From: a virus
Taxonomy: Duplodnaviria > Caudoviricetes
IMG/VR virus record: IMGVR_UViG_3300002307_001784
Span: 1-26,309 of that record
Length of the DNA stretch: 26,309 bases
Strand: one strand, 5' to 3'
The notes beneath the pieces are model-generated. The model had not been told where the DNA came from, did not search any database, and worked only from the letters and a program-made list of their open reading frames with translations. Positions 24,377 through 26,309 of the stretch are shown piece after piece; the stretch's first letter is position 1, and each line of letters opens with the position of its first letter. A program made the translations under genes and the position numbers.

Positions 24377-24898
24377 ATGAAAACGGTACTTGAACATCTA
24401 AAAGATCGTCACGTTGACCTTGATCTTCATCGTCCCTGGATTGATGAAGACGAGCGAGTGGCGGTCTTTTACCTTTACAACCAGTCAGGTTGCATCATCG
24501 GGTACCAGCAGTATCGTCCTGATGCTGACAAGATGAAGAACAATCATCCCAAACTGGCTCGCTACTTCACGTATCGTAAACAACCTACCCTTGCTGTATG
24601 GGGTCTAGAATCGCTTCATTTGACTCCTCACGTTGTCTTTCTGACAGAGGGTATCTTTGATGCTGCCCGTCTCACAGAGCGCGGATACAGCGCCCTAGCA
24701 GCATTGACGAACAACCCTACGAAAGACTTGCGTAATTGGTTGAGTATGCTTAACCGCAAAGTTGTCGCAGTGTGTGACAATGACGCAGCAGGTCGTAGGC
24801 TTGCTAAGTTCGGTGATGTTGCAGTATTCACCGAAGACAAAGACTTGGGTGAAGCTGATGATGCGTTTGTAACTAGGTTGCTTGAAACCCATGGCTAA
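24377..24898 (+). CDS. stand-alone Toprim-domain (DnaG primase core-like) protein
   Basis: VFLTEGIFDA, VAVCDNDAAGRR and KDLGE, with an N-terminal IGYQQYRP..RY segment. No Zn-finger or helicase domain. Confidence 0.75.
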   Translation: MKTVLEHLKDRHVDLDLHRPWIDEDERVAVFYLYNQSGCIIGYQQYRPDADKMKNNHPKLARYFTYRKQPTLAVWGLESLHLTPHVVFLTEGIFDAARLTERGYSALAALTNNPTKDLRNWLSMLNRKVVAVCDNDAAGRRLAKFGDVAVFTEDKDLGEADDAFVTRLLETHG

Positions 24899-25109
24899 GA
24901 CTATTAAGTTCGGTAAAGCGCCGCGTGAAGCAGACCTAGCTTGGTTTTCTAAGCATGTCGGCCCCAGAACCCACTATACGAAATTTAGTATTGGTGGTAA
25001 GGGCTGGTGCTTCACATTTGAGCAAGATAATCCCTGGGCAGCGAAACAATGGTTACTAACTGTACAAGATGAAAAGATGTTAATGTATTGGACTTTAGTG
25101 CGTGACTAA
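24891..25109 (+). CDS. small hypothetical protein
   Basis: ATG at 24891, overlapping the previous stop region. WFSKHVGPR...GGKGW. Confidence 0.65.
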   Translation: MAKTIKFGKAPREADLAWFSKHVGPRTHYTKFSIGGKGWCFTFEQDNPWAAKQWLLTVQDEKMLMYWTLVRD

Positions 25110-25359
25110 CGAAGACTTTTATTACAAGTGTGCTGAAATACTCGGCGTTGAATATGACTGTGAACCGTTTACGCACTATAAGCGTACTCGCTGGAACAAC
25201 CGTAAGCCTGGCTCGGGTCGCTATCCTGGGTATGGTATCATTCGCAAGTTTGGTAGTCAGATTCATGTTGCATTCACTAACCCTGTTTTGCATCACGGTA
25301 TCTATAACAGCGAAGAAGAAGTTTATACTTTTTTGCAAAATTTGGAAAAAAGTGGTTGA
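25102..25359 (+). CDS. small hypothetical protein
   Basis: RTRWNNRKPGSGRYPGYGIIR, contiguous with its neighbours. Confidence 0.65.
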   Translation: MTNEDFYYKCAEILGVEYDCEPFTHYKRTRWNNRKPGSGRYPGYGIIRKFGSQIHVAFTNPVLHHGIYNSEEEVYTFLQNLEKSG

Positions 25360-25402
25360 CACCCTTTGCCCAAAATGCTATACAGAGTGTATAGCAAGGA
25401 GA
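25356..25402 (+). promoter_or_regulatory. conserved early promoter/RBS cassette, copy 2
   Basis: TTGACA-N7-CCCA-N3-TGCTATA-N7-TATAGCAAGGAGA, with a perfect inverted repeat TGCTATAC/GTATAGCA. Confidence 0.8.
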
Positions 25403-25410
25403 CAGTGATT

Positions 25411-25695
25411 ATGACTATCGCTAAAACCATTCTCTCGCAGATCAAGACGATTGACCCCCGTGCTACTTGGGCCTGGGGCGCGAATGAACTCGTGGATATG
25501 GGCGACGGTCTTAAGTTCAAGACTTCTGGTATGGTCAAGTGGAAGGGCCATGTGTATATCAAGTACAACGGTGCTACTGATTTGTATGACATTTCGTTTT
25601 TCCGCATTCGTGGTGCTAATGTAAAATATGACACAGTTACTTCTGACATTTTTGCAGAAGACCTGGTTCGTGTGATTGACGAAGTGGTTGGTTAA
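25411..25695 (+). CDS. hypothetical early phage protein
   Basis: AAGGAG RBS before the ATG at 25411. IAKTILSQI...WGA...DLYDISF. Confidence 0.75.
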   Translation: MTIAKTILSQIKTIDPRATWAWGANELVDMGDGLKFKTSGMVKWKGHVYIKYNGATDLYDISFFRIRGANVKYDTVTSDIFAEDLVRVIDEVVG

Positions 25696-25696
25696 T

Positions 25697-26309
25697 ATGC
25701 CCAAGATTAAAGCTTATAAAGGTAACGGAGTAATCATTCCTGTTGACACTGCAAAGGTTGCTACTGCCTTCCGTTGTCCTTGGACTAATCAAGTCTTTGA
25801 TAACAAGAGGTCCTATGTCAAGCATCTTCGCCTTCTTCGTGAAGACCGTATTCATCGTGAGATTCGTGCTAATATTCGCAATCGTATTTTTGAAGAACTG
25901 ATTAACCAGCCTTCTTTTGAAAAGATCATTGAGTGGATTGAGACTCACCCTGAGTTCCTGTTTGATGGTATTATCCAGAACGGTAAGGATCGCTGGGGTG
26001 AACGTAGGGAACATCTTCGTGAACAGTTTTGGGTCAAGATTACATATTTAACTGTTCGTTGGACTGACCGCGTAAGTAACTCTCACTATTGTCCTCGCGG
26101 CGGTGTAGAGAATTGGGGAGGTCGTAAACTGTTGCCCGATGGCTCTCCCGCGCCGACTGGCTATCCTGGCTGGGAGGGTCGCATTGAGTTTCAGGTTAGC
26201 CATGATTTTGGTTTTGGATCTGATATCATGAAGCCTATCGGCATTCATACCGGAAGCGGTGGCGGAATTCAAGAAGGTAGTTATGGTTACGATGTTAGGT
26301 TCTTCGCTA
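25697..26309 (+). CDS. hypothetical phage protein, 3'-truncated by the window edge
   Basis: Open from the ATG at 25697 to the end: MPKIKAYKG...FRCPWT...KHL...VSNSHYCPRGGVENWGG...GYPGWEGRI. It is missing from the ORF track because there is no stop. Confidence 0.75.
   Translation, partial: MPKIKAYKGNGVIIPVDTAKVATAFRCPWTNQVFDNKRSYVKHLRLLREDRIHREIRANIRNRIFEELINQPSFEKIIEWIETHPEFLFDGIIQNGKDRWGERREHLREQFWVKITYLTVRWTDRVSNSHYCPRGGVENWGGRKLLPDGSPAPTGYPGWEGRIEFQVSHDFGFGSDIMKPIGIHTGSGGGIQEGSYGYDVRFFA

Noticed and set aside
1-26309. Stop-codon reassignment, CRISPR array, tRNA genes
   Set aside because: Known genes are full length in the standard code, and TAG ends ORFs at 10634 and 4989. I saw no regularly spaced repeats or cloverleafs by eye; tRNAscan-SE would be the definitive check.

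Overview
This is a gene-dense, mostly + strand 26.3 kb segment of a large lytic tailed phage, read in the standard genetic code. It has sigma70-type early promoters (TTGACA-N17-TAnnnT) and T4-late-like TAAATA promoters. From left to right it carries: a 7-deazaguanine/purine module (queD, a PRTase, queE with a split radical-SAM motif, a GT-B glycosyltransferase); UV endonuclease UvsE; a ParB/DGQHR-like plus T5orf172-like gene pair; T4-type RNase H; an HD hydrolase of the (p)ppGpp-hydrolase type; ATP-dependent DNA ligase; a proteostasis set (clpX, hsp20 with a ROSE-like thermometer, clpS, clpP); a degenerate metallophosphoesterase; a T7 gp0.7-like kinase; and a stand-alone Toprim protein. The most notable structure is shared by two divergent free-standing GIY-YIG endonuclease genes 15 kb apart. 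Each has a ~80 nt leader module bracketed by convergent TAAATA boxes, containing a covarying two-hairpin RNA whose G-U pairs favour the strand antisense to the endonuclease mRNA. All protein calls come from motif recognition by eye; no database searches were run.
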